DNA from: an uncultured virus (IMG/VR IMGVR_UViG_3300027360_000001)
Lineage: Duplodnaviria > Heunggongvirae > Uroviricota > Caudoviricetes
Length of the DNA stretch: 64,000 nucleotides
Virus record (IMG/VR): IMGVR_UViG_3300027360_000001
Direction: 5' to 3' (one strand)
Shown in pieces: positions 38,950 to 49,068 of this stretch. Numbering within the stretch: position 1 is the first letter of the stretch; every line of letters begins with the position of its first letter. A program made the translations under genes and the position numbers. The notes under the pieces were generated by a model. That model was not told where the DNA came from. It was given only the letters and a program-made list of their open reading frames with translations, and searched no databases.

Positions 38950-39673
38950 TAATAATCCCCTCCATTTTCTCGAATGTATTTAATCTAGCTTTATCCCCAT
39001 GAAGTTCTATCGCGTATACATTGTACATCTCGGCCGCTACGCGCTCTGTCCCGAAATAACCTATAAATATAGATTTTCCTTGCTTTTTAATCTGTGCTAC
39101 ATATTTACTTCGTCTTTTATCGTAAGTAACTCCTATATACTTTGAGTGTACCCCTCTCACTTTATCAACTGAAAATACCTCGGTCGGTACGTAATCTTTC
39201 GGTATATCGTTTATGACAGCATACTCCCCGAAGTACTCTTCCGCCTTTTTATTATAGTGATACGCAGCATCGATCTCGTTAACAAAACACCCTAAATGCT
39301 CAGTTTTACCGTTAATCTTTATCGAGCTTTGGTATTTTCCGACGCTGATATTAAAGTGAACACCCTTGTATTTACTTGTTGTACTTGAGGACCTTTTACC
39401 TCTATTCCAAGAGTTTTCTAAATGGTTACATATCCTCAAATTCGCTCTTCTATTATCGAGGCCGTTTCTATTTATATGGTCAACGATTTCCCCATCTTTG
39501 GCTCCTGTGATAACTCGATGCATTCTCACGCTCGTTCCAGTCCCGTTAACAATGTCGACTGCAGCCGCGTAGTCAGGGTTTTGAAACCGCCAATTCCATT
39601 GTATAAGGTAATCATAGTCCTCATCATCGACTATCGCTACTTTCCCTTTCGTCAGAGGTATTTCTTTAGCCAT
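38942..39673 (-). CDS. HNH endonuclease with two AP2 domains
   Basis: VDHINRNGLDNRRANLR; twice SKYxGV...LGxF...AA..YN. Confidence 0.9.
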   Translation of the reverse strand: MAKEIPLTKGKVAIVDDEDYDYLIQWNWRFQNPDYAAAVDIVNGTGTSVRMHRVITGAKDGEIVDHINRNGLDNRRANLRICNHLENSWNRGKRSSSTTSKYKGVHFNISVGKYQSSIKINGKTEHLGCFVNEIDAAYHYNKKAEEYFGEYAVINDIPKDYVPTEVFSVDKVRGVHSKYIGVTYDKRRSKYVAQIKKQGKSIFIGYFGTERVAAEMYNVYAIELHGDKARLNTFEKMEGIINE

Positions 39674-40181
39674 CGATTAGCTCCTCCTTTAATAGGTACG
39701 CAAGCGCGATCCCGCACGCGTCCGATTCATCATTTGTAGCGAAAGGTCCTGTATATCCCGTAATCCTCCGCACCGCCTCCTCGACTTCCCACTTCTCGGC
39801 CTTGCCTCTGCCCGTGACCAGTCTCTTTATTTCGGAAGGCGGCATCGCATCTAGTTCGATACGCATCCCGAGATGATGCAGCGCCCTATCAACGGCGGAC
39901 CATGAACTGAAAACCGAATACTCAATCTTCGAGTTTTTCGAGTCGAAGTTTTCTCGCACGATCGTATCAATCGGACGCTGCTCCCGAAAGAATGCGTACG
40001 AGTAATACTCGATATGTTGCGTACGCTGTGCGTAGTTGTCTTTCGTGTCTGTCTTGACGTGGAATAACGCTGTGACCTTCGGCTTGCGGTCGATTACCTC
40101 GATAACCGCGAAACCTGGACTAGACATCGAAGTATCTACGCCCAGCACCCGCAACGCCTTGCTTCGTTTAGGCTTCGCCAT
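39666..40181 (-). CDS. RuvC-like Holliday junction resolvase
   Basis: LGVDTS, VRE, GRGKAEK, DESDA. Confidence 0.85.
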   Translation of the reverse strand: MAKPKRSKALRVLGVDTSMSSPGFAVIEVIDRKPKVTALFHVKTDTKDNYAQRTQHIEYYSYAFFREQRPIDTIVRENFDSKNSKIEYSVFSSWSAVDRALHHLGMRIELDAMPPSEIKRLVTGRGKAEKWEVEEAVRRITGYTGPFATNDESDACGIALAYLLKEELIDG

Positions 40182-41218
40182 TAGCCCGCCTCCTTACTAC
40201 CTCGAACGCTATCGATGAAGTCCAGCGCCTCTATGTAGCCGCGCTTCTTGTAATCCGGTAATCTGCTGCGCTTGACTTGCTCGACTTGCTGACGGATTGC
40301 CTCGTATTCCTCATCGCTGAGATTTTGCGAGATTGCCGTCTTGTAATCGTTGAATCGGAATGTCGTTAGGTCTAGCGGTGGTGCGATGCCCTCGCGAGCC
40401 GCCTTCGTTACTCTAGCGAACTTCTCGAGCACCGTATCGCGTTCAGCCTGCGAAATGTACTTGCCGAATGCCTTGTTTCGCTCGACATCTTCGCGGAACC
40501 AATCGTACCCATACGTTAGGTGGTACAGCACGATATAGTAATCGAGTCCATACATTTCGGAGTAGACGATCGTTTGGTCAACGTGCGCCTGCTTAGGGTC
40601 GGCGAGTTTCTTAAAATCCGTCCAGCTCTTTTGGAACGACTTGACCTCGAGGCCTACACGGAGCACCTCGCCGTCATCCGTCGTATATAGCAGGATTCCG
40701 TCAGGCAATCCGTTAAGCCCGAACTTCTCACCGTCATACTCGACTTCGTGAATCGTCTTCTTGAAATGCTCGAAGGCAGGCTCGTTTCTCTCGGTGCGCT
40801 CGAATCGGAATCGCGGCTCCTTGCCCGTTAGCTTCTTGAAGTGACGTTCAGCGAGCATGATTTCGCGCTGAAGGTACCCTCCGACCGCGCTGCCCAATCC
40901 CGTCCAGTCACGCTGATTCGGCGTAGGGTTGCTCTCGTCTTTCTTGGAGCGCCGCACCTTTTCGTACAGCTCCCGCTCACTATTGCCCGCCGAGCTTGGC
41001 GAGAACAGCGGTCGAGGCGTTCCGTCAGGTGCCGTTTTCCAGTTAAAATAACCCCATTTCGATTGCTCACGTAGGACTCGTGCGTACTGTTCGTAAAACT
41101 CCGCGTCCATCGCATCGTCATACGGCTGTGCGTACGAGTGGAATTCCGCCATGTACGATACGAACTCATCCGCTATCTCCTGCGCTTGATTCTGCTTACG
41201 AATATTTGCTAGGCTCAT
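40181..41218 (-). CDS. PD-(D/E)XK exonuclease (Cas4/RecB-like fold)
   Basis: FSPSS; GLPDGIL...LEVKS...Q...Y. Confidence 0.65.
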   Translation of the reverse strand: MSLANIRKQNQAQEIADEFVSYMAEFHSYAQPYDDAMDAEFYEQYARVLREQSKWGYFNWKTAPDGTPRPLFSPSSAGNSERELYEKVRRSKKDESNPTPNQRDWTGLGSAVGGYLQREIMLAERHFKKLTGKEPRFRFERTERNEPAFEHFKKTIHEVEYDGEKFGLNGLPDGILLYTTDDGEVLRVGLEVKSFQKSWTDFKKLADPKQAHVDQTIVYSEMYGLDYYIVLYHLTYGYDWFREDVERNKAFGKYISQAERDTVLEKFARVTKAAREGIAPPLDLTTFRFNDYKTAISQNLSDEEYEAIRQQVEQVKRSRLPDYKKRGYIEALDFIDSVRGSKEAG

Positions 41219-41544
41219 GCGTTCACCCCTTCGATTTTGATGCCGAGGATTTCGAGTACATCGACCATCCCTACCTTACGCTCCATCGCTGATGGACTAC
41301 CGCCAAAGCTGGCGTAATGTGCCGCGATGAGTTCATCCGTCGTCTTCTCGACTTCATACCCATTCTCGATAGCCTGTGCTAGTTTTACGAGGTTTCCGTT
41401 TTCACGTACCCAAGAAGCTACGTTATAGGACTCTTCGTTCATTAATTCGTACATTACATAATCAACAGACTGTCTCATAACGCCAGATTCTTCGATAGCC
41501 TCGGCGACAAACTTCGGAATCACGACCTTATGCGTCAAGCTCAT
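41215..41544 (-). CDS. DUF1642-like protein
   Basis: KVVIPKFVAEAIE...NGYEVE. Confidence 0.6.
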   Translation of the reverse strand: MSLTHKVVIPKFVAEAIEESGVMRQSVDYVMYELMNEESYNVASWVRENGNLVKLAQAIENGYEVEKTTDELIAAHYASFGGSPSAMERKVGMVDVLEILGIKIEGVNA

Positions 41545-41840
41545 TCGTCGCCCTCCTCGTCTTCAACGTCAGCCCCTACGATGAACTCCTCGAGCTCATC
41601 CGCTGGTACTACGCCAGTCATACGACCGATTTCTCGTTCGCCTTCGAATAGGATCAGCGTAGGCACGCTCGCTAGTCCGTACTCATCGATAAACTGCGGA
41701 GCCGAGTCGATGTTAATATCGTGTAGCGTTACGCCTAGCGCCTCGAAGTCAATCGAACCCAGTACGTTCTCCATTACGCGGCAGCCGGGGCAATTCGTTT
41801 TATGAAACTTAACGAGTAACTTTCCTTGCGTTGTGTCCAT
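41541..41840 (-). CDS. Thioredoxin / NrdH-like redoxin
   Basis: CPGC, SVPTL. Confidence 0.88.
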   Translation of the reverse strand: MDTTQGKLLVKFHKTNCPGCRVMENVLGSIDFEALGVTLHDINIDSAPQFIDEYGLASVPTLILFEGEREIGRMTGVVPADELEEFIVGADVEDEEGDE

Positions 41841-41950
41841 CGTTTTTCCTCCTTTATGTTCGTTATACCATATCGTATCAAACAGGGCGTTTCGTGCCCT
41901 CTACATATACATCGAAATGGGTAACTCCTTTTTGACAATTTGACGTAAAT

Positions 41951-44125
41951 TTATTTCGATTTATTTTCGAACCACTCGGCCTCGCTTACCTTTTCCGCCC
42001 ATCTTCTCGGATTGATTTCGAGGTCGCATCGCACGGGCACGAGCATCTGCACCGCTTGCTCCATCGTTTCCTTAATACGATAAAGCTCCTCGCGTGTAAT
42101 CGTCGCGGGACATTCGAAAACGAGTTCGTCATGCACCTGAAGGATTATTTCGCTGCCTGTTTCCGCTAATACTGGCGCTAGGTCCACGATTGCCTTCTTT
42201 AATATCGACCCGGCACTCGCCTGGATAGGGTAATTGCCAGCCTGACGATCGGCGCGGAATTGTAGGAAACGGTCCTTCGACTTGTACTCTTCATGCAGGC
42301 GTCGCTTGCGCCCGAACATATCCGTCACGTATCCTTGCTTGCGAGCTGCCGCTTTCTGTTCGTCCATGAATCGTTGAATGCCGGGATACCCTTTGAAATA
42401 GTTCTCGATAATCGTCTTCGCCTCGTTACGTGTGATGCCGAGCGTATCCGAGAGCCCTTTATCGCTCATTCCGTAAACGATACCGAAGTTAACTATCTTC
42501 GCCTGCTTGCGGTATTTCTGTTGCGCTGAGCCGTCGGTGTCTTTATCCGCCTCGATTTGCTCATACGTATACTTACCGTCGCTTATCATCGCGGCTGTCG
42601 TCGAGTGTATATCCTGACCGTTATGGAACGCTTGAATCAGCGCTTCCTCTTTCGCCATGTGCGCCAATACGCGAAGCTCAATTTGCGAGTAATCTATCGA
42701 CGCGAATATCTTATCGGGCGCCGCTGTGAATAACTGGCGAATCTCAGGGCGTTTAGCAGGGATCTGCTGAGTGTTCGGCGATGAGCACGTAAAGCGTCCT
42801 GTCGCAGCTCCAAATGTATTGTGCCACGGGTGAATCCTGCCGTCGTACTTTATTTCTCGCGGAAGTTTCTGCGTGAATGCCTGGCGGAGTTTCCCTACCT
42901 CGCGATACTCGAGAAGTTTACCAATTACGGGATGCTCGTTTTTAATTCGCTTTAACACCTTTACGCCAGTGGACCCATTTTCCAAGTCGGTTAGTTTCAA
43001 ATCAACGAATAGCTTCTTTTTTAACTGAATCGGCGAGTTTAGATTGATTTCTTCGCCTAGCAGTGCGAATATCTCCGACTGCAGCGCTGATTCCTCGGTT
43101 TCTAACTTTCTATCAATCTCGCCAGCTTTCTCGGCATCAAACCCGATACCGATTAAATCGGAGCGAATGAATCGGCGACATACCGGCATCTCGATATCAA
43201 ATACGAGGCTTTTAATCTCCGCAAGGTCCGCACGCTTATCGTAAAATTGGTGAATCCAATCGTACAGTGCAAGTGTCTTTTCGGTATCCCCTGCAGCATA
43301 AGGTAACGCCACATCAAGCGAAATCTGATTAAACGGAGTCTTATCGAATAGTTCATCGAAATTGTCGCTCTTTATTTTGAGCCAATCGGTGATGAGGTTC
43401 TTTAGGCGGTGGTCGCGATTCTCATCGAAAGCCATCGCCATGATACGTGTATCTGCGTGCAAGCCGTCCCATAAGTTTATCGCGTACTTAATCCAAAACC
43501 ATTTACAGTCGAAAGGAGCGTTGTGCATGACGGTCTTGGCGCCCTCTAGTGCGTCCTTGCAAAGTTCAACGATTGCGGCATCGCCTATCTCCGTCATTAA
43601 CTGCGTATCCTCTACGTGATTAAGTGGTACGTAATAACTAAGCGATCGCGTCGAAATTGAAAAGCCGGCCATCTTACCTGACCACGGGTCTAACCCACCG
43701 TCTGGCGTATCTCCAAAAGTTTCGCAGTCGAGTGCGATCAAGTCAGCCTCTTTGATAACGCGAACCATATCGCGCAGTTTATCCCACGTATCGACGAGCA
43801 CGTAATTCCCAGGCGTCTTCTCCACGAGCTCGCGAATCTTGCTATCGCGTTGCTGTTCGTTGAGCACTCGCCACATCCGGAGCGCCTCCGCCTTACTGAA
43901 CCGTTTACCGACGTCGCTAGGCTCGCGTCCTATCTTGCCAGCCGCCATTGCTCGTTGCACCTCGCGGAGCCTTTCGTTGTCGGCGTCGCTATTCTTCATC
44001 GCTAGGATCCGCTCCCACGCCTCCTCCATCGTCTCGGTTGCGGCTTTCTTCGCCTTCTGCGCAGCCTGCACACGTTCGGCGGCTCCGTTTATAGCCGGTA
44101 TGTTCAATCGTGCGTTAAGCGTCAT
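41951..44125 (-). CDS. DNA polymerase family A with 3'-5' exonuclease
   Basis: DCET, HNAPFD, TGRF, DYSQIELR, RKQAKIVNFGIVYG, QVHDE; start adjusted to ATG 44125. Confidence 0.95.
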   Translation of the reverse strand: MTLNARLNIPAINGAAERVQAAQKAKKAATETMEEAWERILAMKNSDADNERLREVQRAMAAGKIGREPSDVGKRFSKAEALRMWRVLNEQQRDSKIRELVEKTPGNYVLVDTWDKLRDMVRVIKEADLIALDCETFGDTPDGGLDPWSGKMAGFSISTRSLSYYVPLNHVEDTQLMTEIGDAAIVELCKDALEGAKTVMHNAPFDCKWFWIKYAINLWDGLHADTRIMAMAFDENRDHRLKNLITDWLKIKSDNFDELFDKTPFNQISLDVALPYAAGDTEKTLALYDWIHQFYDKRADLAEIKSLVFDIEMPVCRRFIRSDLIGIGFDAEKAGEIDRKLETEESALQSEIFALLGEEINLNSPIQLKKKLFVDLKLTDLENGSTGVKVLKRIKNEHPVIGKLLEYREVGKLRQAFTQKLPREIKYDGRIHPWHNTFGAATGRFTCSSPNTQQIPAKRPEIRQLFTAAPDKIFASIDYSQIELRVLAHMAKEEALIQAFHNGQDIHSTTAAMISDGKYTYEQIEADKDTDGSAQQKYRKQAKIVNFGIVYGMSDKGLSDTLGITRNEAKTIIENYFKGYPGIQRFMDEQKAAARKQGYVTDMFGRKRRLHEEYKSKDRFLQFRADRQAGNYPIQASAGSILKKAIVDLAPVLAETGSEIILQVHDELVFECPATITREELYRIKETMEQAVQMLVPVRCDLEINPRRWAEKVSEAEWFENKSK

Positions 44126-44307
44126 ACATCGCACACCTCCGTATACTGTTTTCGATACCATCGCATGAACTCGTCGAAGTTGTTCTCGATGTGTTCGCGA
44201 TCACACTTCGCGTCACAAAAGTAAGCCTCGACACGCTCATCGTAAAGCAAAACGGCGGGGCTTCGATGCTCCTCGCCGCAGTTTGCGCATTGATATGGCG
44301 TACTCAT
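44122..44307 (-). CDS. Small Zn-finger protein
   Basis: CANC...FCDAKC. Confidence 0.5.
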   Translation of the reverse strand: MSTPYQCANCGEEHRSPAVLLYDERVEAYFCDAKCDREHIENNFDEFMRWYRKQYTEVCDV

Positions 44308-44555
44308 CGGACGTTCCTCGCCATGATAACGACACGGAAATCATCTCCGAAACACTCCGTTTCAATAAAATCAACACGTACATTATCGCTAGTAAGATGC
44401 GCATACGTCCCGTCTAGCCCCTGCTTTACTCGCGCTAATCGCTCGGCTTCCTCCTCCGCCTTCTTCGGAAACTTCACGCCCATCAACTCCGCCGCCTTAC
44501 GAATCTCCTCCGGTGTCCCTTCGAATACTACTCCGTGACCTAATTCAACTCGCAT
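44304..44555 (-). CDS. Hypothetical protein
   Basis: EGTPEEI motif; coupled ORF. Confidence 0.5.
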   Translation of the reverse strand: MRVELGHGVVFEGTPEEIRKAAELMGVKFPKKAEEEAERLARVKQGLDGTYAHLTSDNVRVDFIETECFGDDFRVVIMARNVR

Positions 44556-44901
44556 ATTATCAATCCCCTTTCGTTCTTGGCGTCTCAGCCTTGCGTACTT
44601 GCTCTGCGCCTACCCACTCGCGGGCGCTCGGCTTAAAATGACCGTCTCGTACACGTTGCACACACAGCGGATGAATCACGTCGCTCACGTCGACCTCAAT
44701 CACACGAACCGGTTCGCCTATCTCGAAAACTGTATCGCTGTTATCGACTATCACCGCAATGTCTCCGACTTTTAGCATGCTATCGCGCTCCCTTCGGATT
44801 CCGCTTTTCCGCCGCACTTAACGCCATACACGTAACCACGATTCCTGCCACGAAACAAAACGCTCCGAACGCTAGATACGTAACCAAGACCTCCATCGGT
44901 A

Positions 44902-45195
44902 TCATACGGCCACCCACTCCGTTCTAACGATTTCTCGTTTTTCGACTTCATGAATGTAGCCGTCTTGGGCAAACGGTTCGTAACCGTAATCTTCGTGACC
45001 ATAGCGAACATACTCAACGTTATGGGAGAAGAGTTTTCCGTCACTCTCGCGCTTTAGTATCAACAACCAAGTGCGTCCATGCTCGTGCTCCACGAATCCT
45101 AAATCCTCGTGAATCTCATAATTAACGCCATCAATCTCCAATTCTTCATTGTTGCGGAAATAATCCATTTGATCCTTCGTTAATTTGATTTTCAT
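44902..45195 (-). CDS. Hypothetical protein
   Basis: GGGAGG RBS before MKIKLTK. Confidence 0.5.
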   Translation of the reverse strand: MKIKLTKDQMDYFRNNEELEIDGVNYEIHEDLGFVEHEHGRTWLLILKRESDGKLFSHNVEYVRYGHEDYGYEPFAQDGYIHEVEKREIVRTEWVAV

Positions 45196-45578
45196 ACGCT
45201 CGTTCCTCCCATCGCTATGCTTAATCGCTCCCACTTCGAATCCACCGCATCAGCCGCCGACCAGTACTCCGAAATCTCTCTGTTCTCGAACAGGTACACG
45301 TCTGTATCGAGCACCGTTATAAAATGCGTACAGTCGTCGAGTGTGTAGATTTTTCCGCTATTCTTCTTCGCGTACACCACGATCTCGCCATTACGGTCGC
45401 TTCGCCGCCTCGCCGTTTTGACTTGCACGTACATTCGCTCGCCTGTCGCTGGGCGTTCCGCTACCATATCGTAAGGCTTAGGCGTGGACGGGACCGATAC
45501 GTCCCATCCCGCACTGAGCAAAGCGGCCTGTGCGAGTAGCTCGCTGTGGTAGCCGCGTTTTAATGTATCGTCACACAT
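45192..45578 (-). CDS. PD-(D/E)XK endonuclease (group I intron-associated-like family)
   Basis: GYHSE, PYDMV, VQVKTA. Confidence 0.7.
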   Translation of the reverse strand: MCDDTLKRGYHSELLAQAALLSAGWDVSVPSTPKPYDMVAERPATGERMYVQVKTARRRSDRNGEIVVYAKKNSGKIYTLDDCTHFITVLDTDVYLFENREISEYWSAADAVDSKWERLSIAMGGTSV

Positions 45579-45593
45579 GCGCCTCGCCTCCGT

Positions 45594-46373
45594 TTAAAAT
45601 GGTAAATCGTCGTCGCTGATATCGATTGGCGCTCCGACGTTCTCAGCCTTCGGCTCAATCGCTGGCAGTCCGTCAAGCACCGACTTATCGAACTTGTCGC
45701 CGTCAGCCTTTCCGATAATCTCGCGGATAGACGCCTCATCGCGGAAGTTAACCTGCTCGGCGAAATCGAAGCTGATTCCGGTGTACTTCTTCGCGTCCTC
45801 TATCGCTTGCTCTAGCCCATCAGTGTCAGCGGATTCAAGCGAATACGTTTTGTCTTTTTTCTTGATTACGACCGCATCTCCGACCAGCGTATATTCCTTG
45901 TTGAATTTGCGAGCTGCTTTTTCGAGCTTGTCGTAGTCAGTGACGATGTTGTTAACGTGAAATTCTTTTAAATCAAGGAACCTGTATGTTCCGTATTGGA
46001 CATCATAAACGGGAACCACGAAATATAATTTGCGTTGATACTTCGGACTCTTCATCGCCTTACACGTTAAGCACACGGAGCTGTTCGGCTTATCGAACTC
46101 TTCGAAGTCAACGCCTGCCAGTTTCGGACTATGCAAGCACGTATGCTTTTGAATAAAGTCGGTGCGAGTAGCGAAATCTCCGTCTTCGTGTACGTAATAA
46201 GCGAACCAATTATCGGGATCCGCGATGATTACAAACTCTCTACCGTCCTTTAACTCGCGACCTAACGATACATACCTCTTCACGCCTTCCGGCAAATCGT
46301 TACCCTCGCCACGTAGCGCCTTTTCTGCTTGCGCTTTGTCATCTCGTGCTTTTAACTTATCTCGTAATCCCAT
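45594..46373 (-). CDS. Single-stranded DNA-binding protein (gp32-like)
   Basis: Cys/His cluster; acidic tail DISDDDLPF. Confidence 0.7.
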   Translation of the reverse strand: MGLRDKLKARDDKAQAEKALRGEGNDLPEGVKRYVSLGRELKDGREFVIIADPDNWFAYYVHEDGDFATRTDFIQKHTCLHSPKLAGVDFEEFDKPNSSVCLTCKAMKSPKYQRKLYFVVPVYDVQYGTYRFLDLKEFHVNNIVTDYDKLEKAARKFNKEYTLVGDAVVIKKKDKTYSLESADTDGLEQAIEDAKKYTGISFDFAEQVNFRDEASIREIIGKADGDKFDKSVLDGLPAIEPKAENVGAPIDISDDDLPF

Positions 46374-46771
46374 CGAATCACTCCTCGTTTATAATGCGGA
46401 CCACTGTCCGTTCGAACGCGGGAACCTCCACACGCTCGCACCGCTGATCGTCCGTAGACAATCGGCGGAACCAGCGTTGGATTATTTTCCCTGCGATAGA
46501 GATTCTAAGCCGAGAATTACCCCCGTAAGTATTGCTAAGAATATCGAACTACCTATCGCAAAATCGCTGACATGTGCGCCCGTCACAAATCGATAGAATG
46601 TTACCGTATATCCTAGCGCACCTATAAAAAACAATGTCGCAATAATTTTGTTAAACAAGCGAATCGCCTCCGATTATTTATTCGAGCATCGCTCGCTAAT
46701 CGCTACGCCCACGTCATGCCATCGTTTAGTTAGATAGCGTGCGCAACGATTAGCCAGCGCGGAGGCTGGCT

Positions 46772-47119
46772 TTAACCTTCGAAATTCTCACGATACCGTT
46801 CGTTCTCTGCCGCGCGACTCTGCAGCGTATTTCTCGTACGGTTTACCTGATCGGTCAGCGGCTTGATTTCGCGAATCGCTAGGTCAAGTGCTGACTGTTC
46901 GTGCTTCACGCGACGGCGCGTTTGCAGCGTAACTTGCAACGTTTTGAAAAACTCGAACGCCTCGACCATATCGACGTCGCCAGCGGTCTCTATTTCGTGG
47001 TAAATTTCGCTTAAACGCTTGTCGTACTTCGATTGTTTCTCGCGGAGCTTCCGCTCCATTTCGACCATTTCCTTGTACGTCGCCTGTATTTGCTTGACGC
47101 TCTCCAATGCGAAACTCAT
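46772..47119 (-). CDS. Coiled-coil hypothetical protein
   Basis: SEIYHEIE...RRRVKHE; AAGGAG RBS. Confidence 0.55.
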   Translation of the reverse strand: MSFALESVKQIQATYKEMVEMERKLREKQSKYDKRLSEIYHEIETAGDVDMVEAFEFFKTLQVTLQTRRRVKHEQSALDLAIREIKPLTDQVNRTRNTLQSRAAENERYRENFEG

Positions 47120-47173
47120 ACCGCTTTCTCCTTCCGATATACTATATCGTATATTAGATGGCGCACGAATCCC

Positions 47174-47362
47174 CTACGAGTAGCGTGCGCCTTGACGTGC
47201 GTAAATTTTAAGCGACAACTCATCCGTGTCTCTTGCGTACCCTTGATAAAACAACTCCGCTTGGTGCTTTCGTATTTCAGTTTTGTTACGAGTGTTAAGT
47301 TCGCACAAAAGTTGCTCTCGTCGTGTTGCGCGTTTGTATGACGTCTTTATATAATCGTTCAT
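47174..47362 (-). CDS. Hypothetical protein
   Basis: GAGGGG RBS. Confidence 0.45.
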   Translation of the reverse strand: MNDYIKTSYKRATRREQLLCELNTRNKTEIRKHQAELFYQGYARDTDELSLKIYARQGARYS

Positions 47363-47395
47363 GAAGCGTATAGCCCCTCTCGTCGTTGTTGGTTA

Positions 47396-47983
47396 TTACG
47401 CGATAATTTCAAGTGCCTCCTGGCGGATATGTTCGTCGCATTGTTTCGCCAGGCGTTCGAGTGATCTATATACTTTTTTAGGGTACGTACCAAGCTGTTC
47501 CGCTATCTGATTCGCATTCATGTCGTAATTAAGGAAAGCGGTTAATATCGCCCGTTGCAAGTCGTCGGCAATGGCGAAAAGGTGCTCGATCACTCGGCGC
47601 TTTGAATCGTTTCTCTCGTAAGTTGTTTGAATATTAACGGCAGTATCTTCGACGTCGAACTCGATTGGTTCGGCGTCTTCTTTTGTTTCTAGGATGGCTG
47701 ACATTGAAGTTTCTCGGGTGATTTGCTTTTTGTACTTTCGGATAAAATCAAGCGCGTGCTTTTCTAGTCGATAGTATACTCTCGTCATTAGTGGGGAACT
47801 ACCTGGTATGTAGGATTCTAGGATGCTCATTAACTTCGAATTTAGGTAACTCTCAACCTCCGAATCCCCTACGCGGTATACTATACCGTATCTTTTGGAG
47901 ATTTTTTTTACAACGCAAATACATTCGCCGATAACTTCCTCAACAATAACGCCGTTAGCCAATACGGTTTTCGTCATCGTCAT
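47396..47983 (-). CDS. Phage sigma-factor-like protein
   Basis: Region-2-like ALDFIRK; C-terminal HTH MNANQIAEQLGTYPKKVYRSLERL; about 195 aa. Confidence 0.6.
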   Translation of the reverse strand: MTMTKTVLANGVIVEEVIGECICVVKKISKRYGIVYRVGDSEVESYLNSKLMSILESYIPGSSPLMTRVYYRLEKHALDFIRKYKKQITRETSMSAILETKEDAEPIEFDVEDTAVNIQTTYERNDSKRRVIEHLFAIADDLQRAILTAFLNYDMNANQIAEQLGTYPKKVYRSLERLAKQCDEHIRQEALEIIA

Positions 47984-48077
47984 CCCCCTTTATTTTCGCC
48001 TTACACTTATACATCGAAAGCTGAACCGCTTTTTTGACACTTAGCGTAAAACTTTTTTGTATTTTGTTTTTTTTATT

Positions 48078-49055
48078 TTATAACGAACGGTCGTTCTTAT
48101 CAATACGTAAACCGAACGTTCTTTCGTATTTCTCGACGGTAATTTTTGACAGGCATCCCGCCATGAGCGCCTCGTTAGCGTCCTTGATTCCTGCGGGCAT
48201 ATATACGTTATATAACTCGACGCTTCCTCGTAATTCGTTTACGACCGACTCCCGTAGCTTCTCGCCTGCAGCATCGGCATCTGGCGCTAGGTACAGCCGC
48301 TCTATCGGGCTACGGCGAATAATGTCCGCTTGCATCTTCGTGAAGGCAACCCCGCCTATTCCGACCGCCGGTTTCCCCTTTGTTCGCCAGGACATTGCGT
48401 CCACTTCGGCTTCGCAGATAACACATTCTCTCGAACGGTCGGCGAATATCTTATCGATACCAAAAATCGATTCTCTAATCGGTATTGCATCCTTCGAATA
48501 CCAAAACGTTTTCTGATTCGTTTTACGATACTTAATGTTTGCCAGCCTCCCGAGTGCGTCGTACCAAGGGATAACGCAAGTATTCGAGAGTTTATCGAAG
48601 CGAACGCCGTACTGCCGCTGCACATCCATGGAAATTCCCCGATTGAGCAAGTACGTGTAATCTTCGTCATACTGTTCTAGTGATCTCGGATCTACGTAAT
48701 GTGATGACCTCGTAATCTGTAATACTGGTGGCTTCAATTCGATTGCGGCTCCGAGGCGAACACTGTATTTTTCGACTAAATACTGAACCGACTCCTCATA
48801 TGTTTCATCGCGCAAAAACGAAAGAAGTTTCGGGAGAGATCCGGACGCCCATTCGCCAGTCGCCCCGCTATCGGACCAACAGCCGGAATATTCTCCGGAT
48901 AGCGATACGAAGAAGCTAGGCGACTTGTCATAACGGAAGGGCGAGCAAGCAATAAGTTTGTCGCCGGCCCACCGTGCTCTGCTCCATGTAAATTCGGCGA
49001 GTTCCTCGGTTACATCTACGTCTAAGTCGCGGCCATGAATACGTATAATCGACAT
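48078..49055 (-). CDS. DNA primase (TOPRIM)
   Basis: CSPFR..KSPSF, YLLNRGI, CEAEVDAMS, DADAAG, KDANE. Confidence 0.9.
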   Translation of the reverse strand: MSIIRIHGRDLDVDVTEELAEFTWSRARWAGDKLIACSPFRYDKSPSFFVSLSGEYSGCWSDSGATGEWASGSLPKLLSFLRDETYEESVQYLVEKYSVRLGAAIELKPPVLQITRSSHYVDPRSLEQYDEDYTYLLNRGISMDVQRQYGVRFDKLSNTCVIPWYDALGRLANIKYRKTNQKTFWYSKDAIPIRESIFGIDKIFADRSRECVICEAEVDAMSWRTKGKPAVGIGGVAFTKMQADIIRRSPIERLYLAPDADAAGEKLRESVVNELRGSVELYNVYMPAGIKDANEALMAGCLSKITVEKYERTFGLRIDKNDRSL

Positions 49056-49068
49056 CGTTAATCGCCTC

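Noticed and set aside
40181..41218. Cas4 implying a CRISPR system
   Set aside because: Stand-alone phage exonuclease in the replication/recombination module
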